A stretch of 61,494 bases of DNA, the filler included, from Circinaria calcarea (taxonomy: Eukaryota), in NCBI GenBank assembly GCA_051942165.1. It is 20 parts of 20 records of this genome, joined end to end, with 100 filler letters (N's around TTAATTAATTAA, not from the genome) between each part and the next. Parts side by side here need not be neighbours in the genome. Positions count along the whole stretch, not along the records: positions 49,311 to 52,282 come from JAVECS010003135.1; positions 52,383 to 55,353 come from JAVECS010003136.1; positions 55,454 to 58,424 come from JAVECS010003137.1; positions 58,525 to 61,494 come from JAVECS010003138.1; 16 more parts are not named here. One strand, given 5' to 3'. The position numbers and the translations under genes were made by a program. The notes beneath the pieces are model-generated. The model was not told the origin of the DNA and did not search any database. It was given only the letters and a program-made list of their open reading frames with translations. Positions within the stretch are counted from its first letter, which is position 1, and every line of letters starts with the position of its first letter. This document shows, piece after piece, positions 50,590 to 61,494 of the stretch.

Positions 50590-52282
50590 ATGGAACTCCA
50601 CTTCCACTCTCTCCAGGGGCTCCTATCCTCCCAGGGCGAGGGCAACAACCGCCTCGTCGATCTCAGCTTGGCATTCTGCGCGCTGGTATCACATCGTCCA
50701 TTGCTCCCATAACCCCAATGGCTGCTCATCACGTCGACCTTACGTTGACATGTTCCTAGTATACTCTATATCTATGCGGTCACGTGGTGTACAACATCTA
50801 CTTCCATCCCTTGGCAAAGTTCCCCGGCCCCAAGTTCTATGCAGCAACCCATCTTCCCTACTTCCGAGATATATGGACCGGGACCGGTGCCATGCGTGTC
50901 AAGCTCATGCACGATAAATACGGCGATACCGTCCGCATCAGTCCGAACTCACTGGCCTTTAATACTGCACAAGCTTTCAAAGACATCTACGGACAGCGCA
51001 TTGGAAAGAAGCAGCTCCCAAAGGACAGGGACTTTTACCGCACCGAACCAGACGCCCATCAAATCATCTTCAGCAATGATGCCGACCATAGTCGCATGCG
51101 ACGACTGCTTTCCCATGCCTTTTCCGAGCAGGCACTTCGGGAACAGGAACCGATCATCAAGCAGTACATTGATCTTCTGATGCAAAAACTCCACCAGCAG
51201 GTTGCAGGTCCGGGTGGAGGCAAGGTCAACGTGGTAGAGTGGTTCAACTTTGCGACCTTTGACATCATTGGTGACCTCTCCTTTGGTCAACCATTCGGAA
51301 GCCTGGAGAGCGGAGACTATCACTTTTGGATTGCCAGCATTTTCCGTGGCCTCAAGTTTAGTCGCGTTTATCGGATTGGGAATTCATATCCATACTTGGG
51401 ACTAGCGCTCAACTCGTTTATAAGCCTGGCTCCTCAAATGAGTGGGCGCGCGAAGCACATGCAGTACAGCCAAGACGCTACGAATAAGAGGATGGCACGA
51501 AAGACTGACCGCAGAGATTTCATGACCTATGTTCTCCGCCATAATGACGAAAAGGGCATGACGCTAGACGAAATCAAAAAGTCGTTCGACGTAGTACTTA
51601 TCGCAGGCTCCGAGACCACGGCCACCATGCTGTCTGGTACAACTTACCATCTTATGAACAACAAGCCTGCTCTCCAGAGGCTTGCCGCCGAGATTCGAGC
51701 CGCATTCAACACGGAGGAGGATATTACTATCCTATCTACATCTAAGCTCCACTACTTGAATGCAGTGATCCAGGAAGGCCTCCGTATCTATCCTCCTGTC
51801 CCTACCATACTACCAAGGTATACCCTTCCGGAGGGAGATGTGATTAATGGTCATTTCATTCCCGGCAATGTAAGTTATTTCTAACCCACCCGCCTGCCTC
51901 TTTAGAGATATGATACTGTACTGATGATGAAGACAAGACCCAAGTCGGAGTCAGTCACTGGGCATCCACCCACTCCTTGAAAAATTTCCGCGATCCCTAC
52001 AAGTTCGTTCCAGAACGCTGGCTGGATGACCCTCGATACGCGGATGACAACAAAGCTGCTCTTCAGCCCTTTTCCCTGGGCCCTCGGAACTGCATCGGAA
52101 AGAAGTACGTAATCTTTCTTCCCGTTTGGCCCCTGGGACCGTACAAGCTGATTGGTGGTGATTTCTGTAGTCTCGCTTACGCGGAAATGCGTTGTATCCT
52201 GGCGCGAGTTCTCTGGAACTTCGACTTGGATCTCTGCGGCGAGAGTGCGAATTGGCCGGATGGTCAGAAGGAGTATATGCTG
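50590..52282 (+). CDS. Cytochrome P450 (CYP65/Tri11-like), 3'-truncated
   Basis: HPLAKFPGP, IAGSETTAT, EGLR, PERW, heme motif FSLGPRNCIG. Confidence 0.93.
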
Positions 52283-52445
52283 NNNNNNNNNNNNNNNNNN
52301 NNNNNNNNNNNNNNNNNNNNNNNNNNTTAATTAATTAANNNNNNNNNNNNNNNNNNNNNNNNNNNNNNNNNNNNNNNNNNNNCATCAAACACGCGATCCC
52401 TCTATCCTGCTTCACCCCATCCCCTTATCCCCTTATCTCCATACC

Positions 52446-52670
52446 CTATATCCCGGTGACATCGTGTGCTGCATTGGCCAACCGCTCCGCTGTCGGTCTT
52501 CCCGTCCCTAATCCAAGGTCAAGTATCATGCTGTTCTGCTTCAGATGAGAGAGCAACCAGTCAAGCGTGGCATTCTGTTCGGAGTTATCCGTATACTCTT
52601 CCTCATGTCGTGCGGCCAGTTTGTTATATAAGGAAGAGGCATGCTTGCTGCAGAAGTCCAGACAGCGCAC
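52446..52670 (-). pseudogene. SAM-dependent methyltransferase fragment, apparently degenerate
   Basis: ILDLGLGTGRPTAERLANAAHDVTGI* (motif I), with a stop where the conserved D is expected and a stop upstream. Confidence 0.55.
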
Positions 52671-53339
52671 CTCGCCTTCGACCGCTTAACTCGCACACTC
52701 TCCGTCTTCCGCTTTCCCTCCTTCTGCGTAACCAACGTGCTGCGCAAAAACGATGTCAAAGTGCTCAAAAAGTTTGTATCTGGGAATGATCACTTCCTTT
52801 CCACTTTCAATTATTTCGTCTTTTTCCTGCGAGCATCCCCATCGCTGACAAGAACCTAAACCCTTGTCTCGTGTACTTTAGTATCACCGTTAAGCTCTTC
52901 CGCTGGCATTACTATGCCGACTCGCGCCAAGAGCCGTACGCCCTATACCGCGAGGTCCTGCTTTCCTACTAGCTCCTGTTCGGACAGTCGTCCAGCCCCC
53001 GTAAGCTCCTTGGCCAGCTGCTTAGTCAGTCACCATCAACAGCAGCAACAACTACGCACAGGCATCATTCCACCACTAACCACTACTCCTCCCCCTCCAG
53101 CGACATCATTATTAACGACATCGACCCCTTCCTCGCCACCGTCTGCACTTTGCCGCTCCTCTTGCGCTGGCGCCGTCTCAGCTTCAGCCGTCGCAAAAAG
53201 CTCTCGCCCCTCCTCCCAAGCACCATCTTCCCCTCCTTCATGGTCGACCTCGACGACCAGCTTTAGGAATCTGAGACGTACTCCGCGCGCAACGGCCTCA
53301 CTATCTTCGGGCCCCGGCTGCTGACACCGCACCGCTAAA

Positions 53340-53530
53340 ATATGACGCAGCAGCCCGGCAAGGTGAAGGACCTGTGGCGGGACCGGCGGAACCCACTGCA
53401 GCGGTACACATTCTGAGCCGTTCTGTGGATCGGTAGCGCGAGTATCGTGTTGGCCGTACTGCAGTTGCTGGTAGTTGTTGCGCAGCTATATTTCATTGCC
53501 CTGCCATTGCCGGAGGATAGGGGAAGTTGA
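53340..53530 (+). pseudogene. Degenerate C-terminus of a fungal membrane-anchored hypothetical protein
   Basis: DLWRDRRNPLQRYTF*AVLWIGSASIVLAVLQLLV; TGA at 53414 where Trp is expected. Confidence 0.5.
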
Positions 53531-55453
53531 TCTGAGGTGAGGGTTTAGAGGTGGTATCATACTGTCATTGGCTGGTGCTGCGTGAGCAAGAGACATAACA
53601 CAGAAGCTTACTTGATTGTGTTGTGACACGGTATTCGCTTCTTAGGGGCTTTGATTATTTAAATTTTTGTATAGAAGGGATCAATCAAATCAAGGTGGCC
53701 CCTGAAGCCCGGAGTCGCAAGACTCAAACCGGACGTAATGCAATGTACCGGCAGTTTGAGCTGAAGAACGTATTTCCGGATCTTTAATGTCCCTCTCGGA
53801 GTTGAACTCGACTCAAGCAATGGGGATCTTCGAACTCCCCTCTCTGCAATCGACTGGGTGATGCCCTCGTCACTCTTCTCCTACACCCTCAGCTTCACCT
53901 CAGCATCCTCCTTCAGACAGTATTCGCCTGCACAAACTTCCATCTCGGCTCCGGCTTCAACGCCACAAGCTGCCTCCAGGCTTCGTACTGGCCGTCCACG
54001 ACGCTGAGTGAATCGTAACTCTCCCTGCAGGACTTAACGTCGGCGATGTACCGCCACATATGGATGCCACACAATATCCAGCCAAGGGAGGGCTTCCCGT
54101 GCGAAGTGATCTTGGAGCGGTCGACGGGGACATGAACGGTCTTGGTGGCCGAGTTGTGCTCGACCACCATGACGCGATCACTGTCAAGTAGCATGTCTTT
54201 GAGGATCGCAAAGTTTGCCTGGTTCGGAGTTAGTAGGCTGTCCAATCTTGTCTCGATAAATGCTAACCCTGGCATGCAGTTGGCCTATCAATGCCTCTTC
54301 TTGACTGTTGGTAAGTCGTTGAATTTATTCCGAGGCGGCGCCTTGGCGAGACATGGTTTGACCCTTTTAGCGTCTTCTTAGAGTGCTTTCGACCAGGCCG
54401 TATTTTCTGGCGGTAGCCCGTATATTCGGGTTTGATTAAGCATTTAGATCTGCAAGAGCTGAATCAATTGAGGCCATATTGGTGGAGTAATGATTTTCTA
54501 AAATAGTGGTTGGAACGCGGGGAAAATGCGGCATCGCTTAGGGATATGTGGTACGGATTGCGTACGTTAAAACTGTTGAATGGAGAGCCAAGCATACTGT
54601 ATGCCGAACTTCTGTATGCAGAAGTTCTGTACTACCCGTATGAATAATAACGCGGGTTACAGAGTTTTCCCCTTACCTTTGCACTTTACGAACAATATAT
54701 ATTACATAATATATCGACTATTGCGTACACATTGAATAATATTTTCATGTATTGCTTAAACCACTCCCTGCTAAACCTTTAACGATATGTAATTATATTT
54801 ATTTAGAAAAGAATACTAGAGCGGATTTAATTAATTATGCGTAATAATGACATGGTTAATAAAAAATTATAATTCGGGAGCGCGGGGATATCGCGTGGTT
54901 TTATATATAAATTGTTAGTAAATATCGCAAGGTTTTATATATTTTGTGGATAACGCTCTTAGACTTCTTTCAAAAAAGGGTTACATGATATCGGATCGGA
55001 ATAACCTTTTTTATGCGGAGCTAGTACGAAAGAAGTCTGAGGCCTCCGGAGCTTGCGGAGGTGGCACTGAGGCAAAGAACTTTGGAATCCCGGTTCATAT
55101 TCTACCCCCATCACACATGTAAAAAGTTCTCCCGACGACGTATCTACCCACCTAGCTAATCCAGCTAATCCAGCTAATGCCTTGATCCCAATGCTAGCTC
55201 CAAAACCTCATGCGAATAAGAAAATCCCCCAATCACCAATCACCCATCATCAATCACCAATCACCGCTTTCCCTCCAACCACCGATAAACAACCGAAAAA
55301 TCCTTTCCCGCCTCCACCTCCTCCACATCCCCATAAACCCCCTTGGCCCACTCNNNNNNNNNNNNNNNNNNNNNNNNNNNNNNNNNNNNNNNNNNNNTTA
55401 ATTAATTAANNNNNNNNNNNNNNNNNNNNNNNNNNNNNNNNNNNNNNNNNNNN

Positions 55454-55605
55454 CGCTGCAGCTCAGACAGAGTGCCCTGATTTGTCAAGTCTCCGGCATG
55501 TATCAGCACGTCGCCTTTTGGCAGCTTGAACGAACCGTTTGTCGGGGATGCATTGTGAGTGTCCGAGACACAAACGAAGCGGGTTTTCCGCAACAGGGGT
55601 GACAT
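55454..55605 (-). CDS. Metallophosphoesterase (MPPED-like), N-terminus
   Basis: RFVCVSDTH and GDVLIHAGDLT motifs. Confidence 0.85.
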
Positions 55606-56071
55606 TGCAGTGTCTCAACGGCAATGATACAACTATAGCAGTAGACGAAGGTGTGAAGTGAACCGGCTCTGATCCTACCAAATAAAACCGAAGAATGAAA
55701 GATTTGTAACGTTCCTGAACGGTCATCTCATCCTTGGAGTTGTTCTCTCCCTTGATTCGAGGCGGGTGAGCAGAAGTCGTTGCCTCACAGCTAGCAATCA
55801 TAGCTCATCGAATAACTTGTAGTATTTGAATATATAGAGGTCCTATTCGAAAGACTTGATATAGAGGTAGTAAAGACGGAGTATCCCTAGTACACTGATC
55901 TGTTTTGATGACCTTTGCACCCCGGCCTCGATTGAAAATGGCCCAGTGCTCTAAAAAAGCCGTGAGCGGGAGCAACTTACCCGGCGGTCGCTTATACACG
56001 GCGCTAATCTAGCGCCGTGTCATAGGAATATAAACTGGCTCTTCCTCTCCATCGTTTCTTCTTTTCTCTTC

Positions 56072-56225
56072 ATACTTACCTTGTTGGAGCAACCGAGATC
56101 AAGAAGTCGGTCTGCTATGATTCGAGCCCTACATTGCACAGCGTGGAGGCAAGCATTATCGAGTGTCCTTCGGGGCCCTCGCTGGCGGAATTTTTGATGG
56201 TCTTCCTCACCCTAAGAGGTCTTCT
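56072..56225 (+). ncRNA. U1 spliceosomal snRNA (3' end approximate)
   Basis: 5' ATACTTACCT; SL1 ACCGA-GATCAAGAAG-TCGGT (U1-70K loop); SL2 loop ATTGCAC (U1A site); SL3 with TTCG loop; Sm site AATTTTTG at 56189; TATAAA ~40 bp upstream. Confidence 0.9.
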
Positions 56226-56809
56226 TTTCACCATGCGTCGTACCTTGAGTACGATCACGGAGAAGAGATTTGTAGTTGCTCTTTTCTTGTATAAGAAACC
56301 GGGAATGCTGCGTAGGAAGATGGTCATTCAACCCCAACGTTGCTTTGCAGAAAGAAGCAAGTAGGTAGTGAAGAATATGTTATGGTGCTTTAGAATAGAT
56401 GCTCTACAGATCGATGTTGCAGATCGAGTTTACACTCGCAATAAGTGCAACGGGCGATCAGCCTGCCAACAGAACACTGAAACTTTGGCAGCCAAGGACA
56501 GCGTTCATGTAGGTCTGTGGCTTAGCATTTAGCCAGATGCCCTGCTTCCAAATAGTGGATTTGCAATCCCTCTTCCCTCTCCGCCCCCCATCTCAACTCA
56601 TCCAGACCCCTTTGGATAGTGACGTCATCGCTGTCTGATTACATTATAGGCATCCCCTTATAATCGACCCGCCGCCATTCAAGTGCATATCTCTTCACCA
56701 CTCCATTCACAGCAGTCAATCCATCCCACGCCTTCCTCTCCCAAAGCAAAAATCGCCCACCATTTCGTTCCTACGCCGCTTCTTCCATTCGAAAGTCTCC
56801 CCGGCCGCC

Positions 56810-57415
56810 ATGTCGGCCGCAAAGACCAAGGCCCAAAAGATCATTGACGAGAATGCTGTCGGTGCGTTCCCCTCCCCATTCATTCATTCACACCCATCCC
56901 CAAGCCCACCGTTTGAGAAGAACAGAAAGAAGAAAATATTGGAGAAGGGAAAAAAACAAGACCTTGGCTAACCGTTTGCTGTTCTTACTCTTTGCTCGAA
57001 AAAACAGCCGTCTTCTCCAAATCCTACTGCCCTTACTGCCGCGCCTCCAAGCAGCTCCTGAGCGAACTGGGCGCAAAGTTTTACGTGATCGAACTGGATC
57101 AAGTCGGTTCGTCTTTCTCCTCCCCCCTCCCTTCCCTCCTTCCCAACCTTTCCTTACCTTCCCACACCTTCCCATTCTCTCCCCTTCCCTTCCTTCTACC
57201 CAGAACTCCATCCAGCCAGACTAACACCCCCATCTCTTGGCGGGGGGGTTTTCGCAGATGACGGAGCCGCCATCCAGGACGCCCTGGAGGAAATGACGCA
57301 CCAGCGCTCCGTGCCCAACATTTTCATCAAGCAGCAGCACATTGGTGGCAACTCGGACCTGCAGTCGAAGAAGAGCGAGCTGCCCGATCTACTCAAGGCT
57401 GCCGGTGCAGTCTAG
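56810..57415 (+). CDS. GRX1: Dithiol glutaredoxin, 2 introns
   Basis: [28 protein letters not shown]...SVPNIFI...HIGGNSDL. Confidence 0.93.
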
Positions 57416-57616
57416 AATAGAGAGAGAGGGCTTCTTGGTTGTCGCGTGATCATAAGAACCTTCTAATTGTGCGATGGGGATATAGGGCCAGAAAGGGAAG
57501 GGGAGGGAAGGAAGGACTATAAATTTGGGGGCTTTTTTTTCTGGCCTCTTCATGTCCAGACGGACAAAATGTCCATGATTATAATTTCAGTTTCAAAATC
57601 TCCACCATCTCATTAC

Positions 57617-58424
57617 CTACACAACCTGTATCTCCACCGTGCCCACCGGCCTCTCCACAAATCCCATAACCCCCTCGACCACACTCCTCCGCGCCGCCTC
57701 ACTTGCCACGTTCTTGCCGGCCAGATAACCCAACCAGACGAACCGGCTGATCCGCTCATCCGCCACCTCCCCCATCTTTACGTAGCCCTCGCCGTCTTTG
57801 CCTTGCACCCAAGCGCTCAGGACCCCTGTGGCGTCCCGTTCCAGCATGAGTACTTTCCCCTTATCCACGCCCTTCCTGCCCGCTCCCCCAAACACGGCCT
57901 TGAACGTACCGATTGCCTGCCCGAATCCCACGTCATCGTAACTCTCGCGCGTAGTCTCCTCCCCAGAAGCTGTAGCAGTAGCAGGAAAAGGAGCAGGCGC
58001 AACAGCGTTCCTCCTCGCCCTCTCCTGACTCCTCGCCGTAATGCCCCGGACCCAGCCATCCCGTAAATGCGCAAAGTCCGTATTCCGCGTCGGCACAATG
58101 CGGATCACACTCCGGATGCCGCCGTCGCGGAGTACCGTATCCCAGATCTCCTCGCTCACCTCCCCGTCCAGCAGCATGCGCTTCAGCTGCTCCTTCTCAC
58201 TCGGCACGAGCGCGCTCGCCGTCTCCGTGCCGGCAACTCGGCGGACGAGCCGGGACTGCAGGGCCGCGATGTCGGGGGTCGCAATGTAGAGACCCACGAC
58301 GTAGACTTGGATGGAGAGGAAGGAGACGGTACGGACGCCGAGGCCGAGGAGCTGGTATTCGTGCTCAACGGCGCCGGTGCCGGCGGGGAGGGCCGGGGAG
58401 GTGGAGCGGGTGCTGCTGGAGGGG
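57617..58424 (-). CDS. AIM18: Aim18-like chalcone-isomerase-fold mitochondrial protein, C-terminal part
   Basis: YQLLGLGVRTVSFLSIQVYVVGLY, RIVPTRNTDFAHLRDGWVR, LGYLAGK. Confidence 0.85.
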
Positions 58425-58524
58425 NNNNNNNNNNNNNNNNNNNNNNNNNNNNNNNNNNNNNNNNNNNNTTAATTAATTAANNNNNNNNNNNNNNNNNNNN
58501 NNNNNNNNNNNNNNNNNNNNNNNN

Positions 58525-58919
58525 GATTTCGTGGATTGCTAGGAATAGGTTCTGATTCGCCGTTGCACCAATGATGTAGGCGGTAAGGAGGAACGGTATT
58601 GAGAATACAGGCGTATGTCGTAGAGCTACTGCACACACTGTTTGAAGTGCTACCACCCCGAGGACGAAGTACTTGGTCAATGGCTCGGGTCCGCATAGTT
58701 TCGTGACCTAAAAGGTCTCAGCACAACGTTGTGAAAGTGGGACAAGAGAATACTAACCTCTGGGTGTGCCTTGATGATAGCCTGTCTTCGCGTCCGATGT
58801 GGTTCTTCGGTGTATGACCAGAAGAACTTGTCATCCTGACCGTTGACAGGAGAGCCATTGTACTTTTCAGTCGTAATCTGTGACCTTGATTCCAAAGTTG
58901 TTGTAACAGTTGAAGGCAT
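58525..58919 (-). CDS. DES1: Dihydroceramide delta(4)-desaturase, N-terminus
   Basis: FFWSYTEEPHRTRRQAIIKAHPE/VTKLCGPEPLTK...ANQNLFLAIHEI (first His box). Confidence 0.92.
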
Positions 58920-58957
58920 CTTGATCAGCAATCATTGACGGTCAACTCAGAAACTAA

Positions 58958-59629
58958 GGGCCTGTTCGGCAACACCTGATTTTCGAAATCGATTTCGAAA
59001 ATCGATTTTGGACCCTGAAAATCTGCCAAGTGAGCGTTCGGCAACGCAATTTTGATTTTCATGAAAATCGATTTTCGAAATCGATTTCGCCAATACACCC
59101 AAATTTAGTGCCTTGGCATAAATAGGTCGGGACCTATTTATCAAGATTTTCGAAATCGATTTTGCGCTAAAAAAGACGATGAAATACGTAATAAAATAAA
59201 TAATATCGATGACTTCTATACTATACAGGTAGTGGGTATTAATCTAGCTTATAATATATCGATTAATTGTCTATAAAAACAATTGCGCATACCATTCACG
59301 CTGATAAAAAAAAAATACAACAACGAAATTATCCCTTTTAAACACACTCACTAATTTAGGCCAGAAGAGCCCTAGAATTAGAAAAAGCACATATAAACTT
59401 AGGGCCTTTATTCAGCCAAGTAATATTGCTTCGTGTTTCCCAATGTAAATTGGTAAATTTACTAGTGATTAGCCTATTATTTAACCCTTGCAAGCGGGGA
59501 ATCGCACAGCTCGAAATCACGTCAACCGAACACTCTTTCGAAATCTGCCAAAATCGATTTTGGAAATCAATTCTGCCAAAATCGATTCTCGAAATCGATT
59601 TCGAAAATCAGGTGTTGCCGAACAGGCCC
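58958..59629. mobile_element. PIF/Harbinger (Tourist-like) MITE, 672 bp
   Basis: About 54-bp TIRs starting GGGCCTGTTCGGCAACACCTGATTTTCGAAATCGATTTCGA (1 mismatch); perfect TAA TSD (58955-58957 and 59630-59632); AT-rich non-coding core. Confidence 0.93.
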
Positions 59630-59685
59630 TAAACCATGAGCCAGTCCATCATCGCGTCTTTGAACTTTCGGCCTGGGAGAATGAA

Positions 59686-59866
59686 TTGGCGTGGGAAACC
59701 TTTAGCGTCGGAGAAACTCTTTTGCGTGGGAAATCCCTTTCCCAAGTACAGAATTTGGCGTGGAAACCCTTAGCGCCGGGTATAAATTTCCCACGCCAAA
59801 ATCACTTTCCCCAGTCCATTCCAATTTCCTCACGCAAGAAACATAGGGATTTTCCCCACGCCAAAA
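59686..59866. repeat. Symmetric array of (T)TGGCGTGGGAAA-like motifs, 3 forward then 3 reverse
   Basis: Forward copies at ~59686, 59720, 59754; inverted copies at ~59786, 59824, 59846. Confidence 0.7.
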
Positions 59867-60810
59867 TTCAGTATCCCAGGGCCAAAACTTTCAAAGGTTT
59901 CCAACGTTCCAAAAACCAGTATCCCCAGGCATATGAAAAAAGTCGAGTAGCTGCCCAACAGGTCGAACGACCTCTCTATATAACTGGATAGGCTCCCCAT
60001 GACAGGTGACAATGGTGATCATATCCCACAGTGAAACTAGGTAAAATTTGATCTTTGTCCGTGTTGTGGTTTTGGTCCACCGGAATCCCCAGCCCCAGCT
60101 ATTCCTCCCCCGATAACCCCCTATTTTCATCCCTCTACATTTCAAGTCCTCCTCGAATCACTGGCATACCCATCTCTTCACGGACCCTTTTCCCTTAGTC
60201 TTCAACCTCATATTCACACTCATCCCCCCCCTCTTCCTTTAATACACAACAACCCCCCACCATATAGTACAATCCCAATATACAACCCTAATACATCATC
60301 TCTTCTCTCTACCTCCGTCTATATCACCTCTTCCCTTCGTTCTTAGCTTTGTTGTTTTATTTCCGTCTATATGCGGGGTTTCTGGGATTGTGATGTCGAG
60401 GATGGGGTTTGGATCTTTTGACGTTCTGGTGACGGTGGGTAGAAAGGAGGAGGCGAAGGTTGGAATTAATTTGGAACTAGGGGGGGCGGAAGGAAAGCAG
60501 GGAGTAGACTTGGTAAAGGACAAAGGGGATCAGGGTGAAATGGACGGCAGTTACTCAGACTTCTTTGAAAACACATCATGTCAATTACTCACACGAGACG
60601 AATTGACAAGGTTGAATTGTCACACTTAAAAATGCTCCCAGTATACTGAGTACTCCATCTGCCATGCACGTTTCAATCATCATCATTCTAGACTACACTC
60701 CCAGGTATGCAACGGGTATGTAGCTACTATTCATGCTTTGTTTGCGCCCTAGGATATGGAGAGCTCCTAGAGATTCATATTCCTAAAATTCTGTAGATTT
60801 GTAGTAGTAG

Positions 60811-61494
<684 letters not shown>

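Noticed and set aside
59426..59991. ORFs overlapping the MITE end and motif array
   Set aside because: Repeat-derived, with no transposase or other domain features.

Overview
This is not one genomic locus. It is 20 short contigs (about 2,990 down to 2,970 bp, sorted by decreasing length) joined by 19 artificial 100-bp linkers (N44-TTAATTAATTAA-N44), so adjacency only has meaning within a contig. The source is a filamentous ascomycete (short GT-AG introns with CTAAC/CTGAC branch sites, dispersed 5S genes, RIP-like transposon decay). Protein-coding content: whole or partial genes for NEDD8, cullin-1, Esa1, Eis1-like, mitochondrial uL14, BEACH, Sof1, glutaredoxin, Aim18, DES1, MetAP2, a NACHT-ankyrin NLR, a P450, an M35 protease and others. 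RNA content: a mitochondrial LSU rRNA contig with a group I intron, a U1 snRNA, an intact 5S gene and a truncated 5S copy. Mobile content: a dead piggyBac transposase, a hAT-type MITE, a PIF/Harbinger-type MITE and a satellite-bearing repeat present twice. Most notable observations: (1) a deuterolysin gene head-to-head with a signal-less protein resembling a free copy of the M35 prodomain, a candidate protease/inhibitor module; (2) an intact 5S rRNA gene inside intron 2 of esa1; (3) a probable AUU-initiated mitochondrial glutaredoxin isoform; (4) a group I intron with a decayed homing-endonuclease tail; (5) an uncharacterised PD-(D/E)XK-like protein with an AT-hook. All assignments come from manual reading of motifs; no database searches were run.
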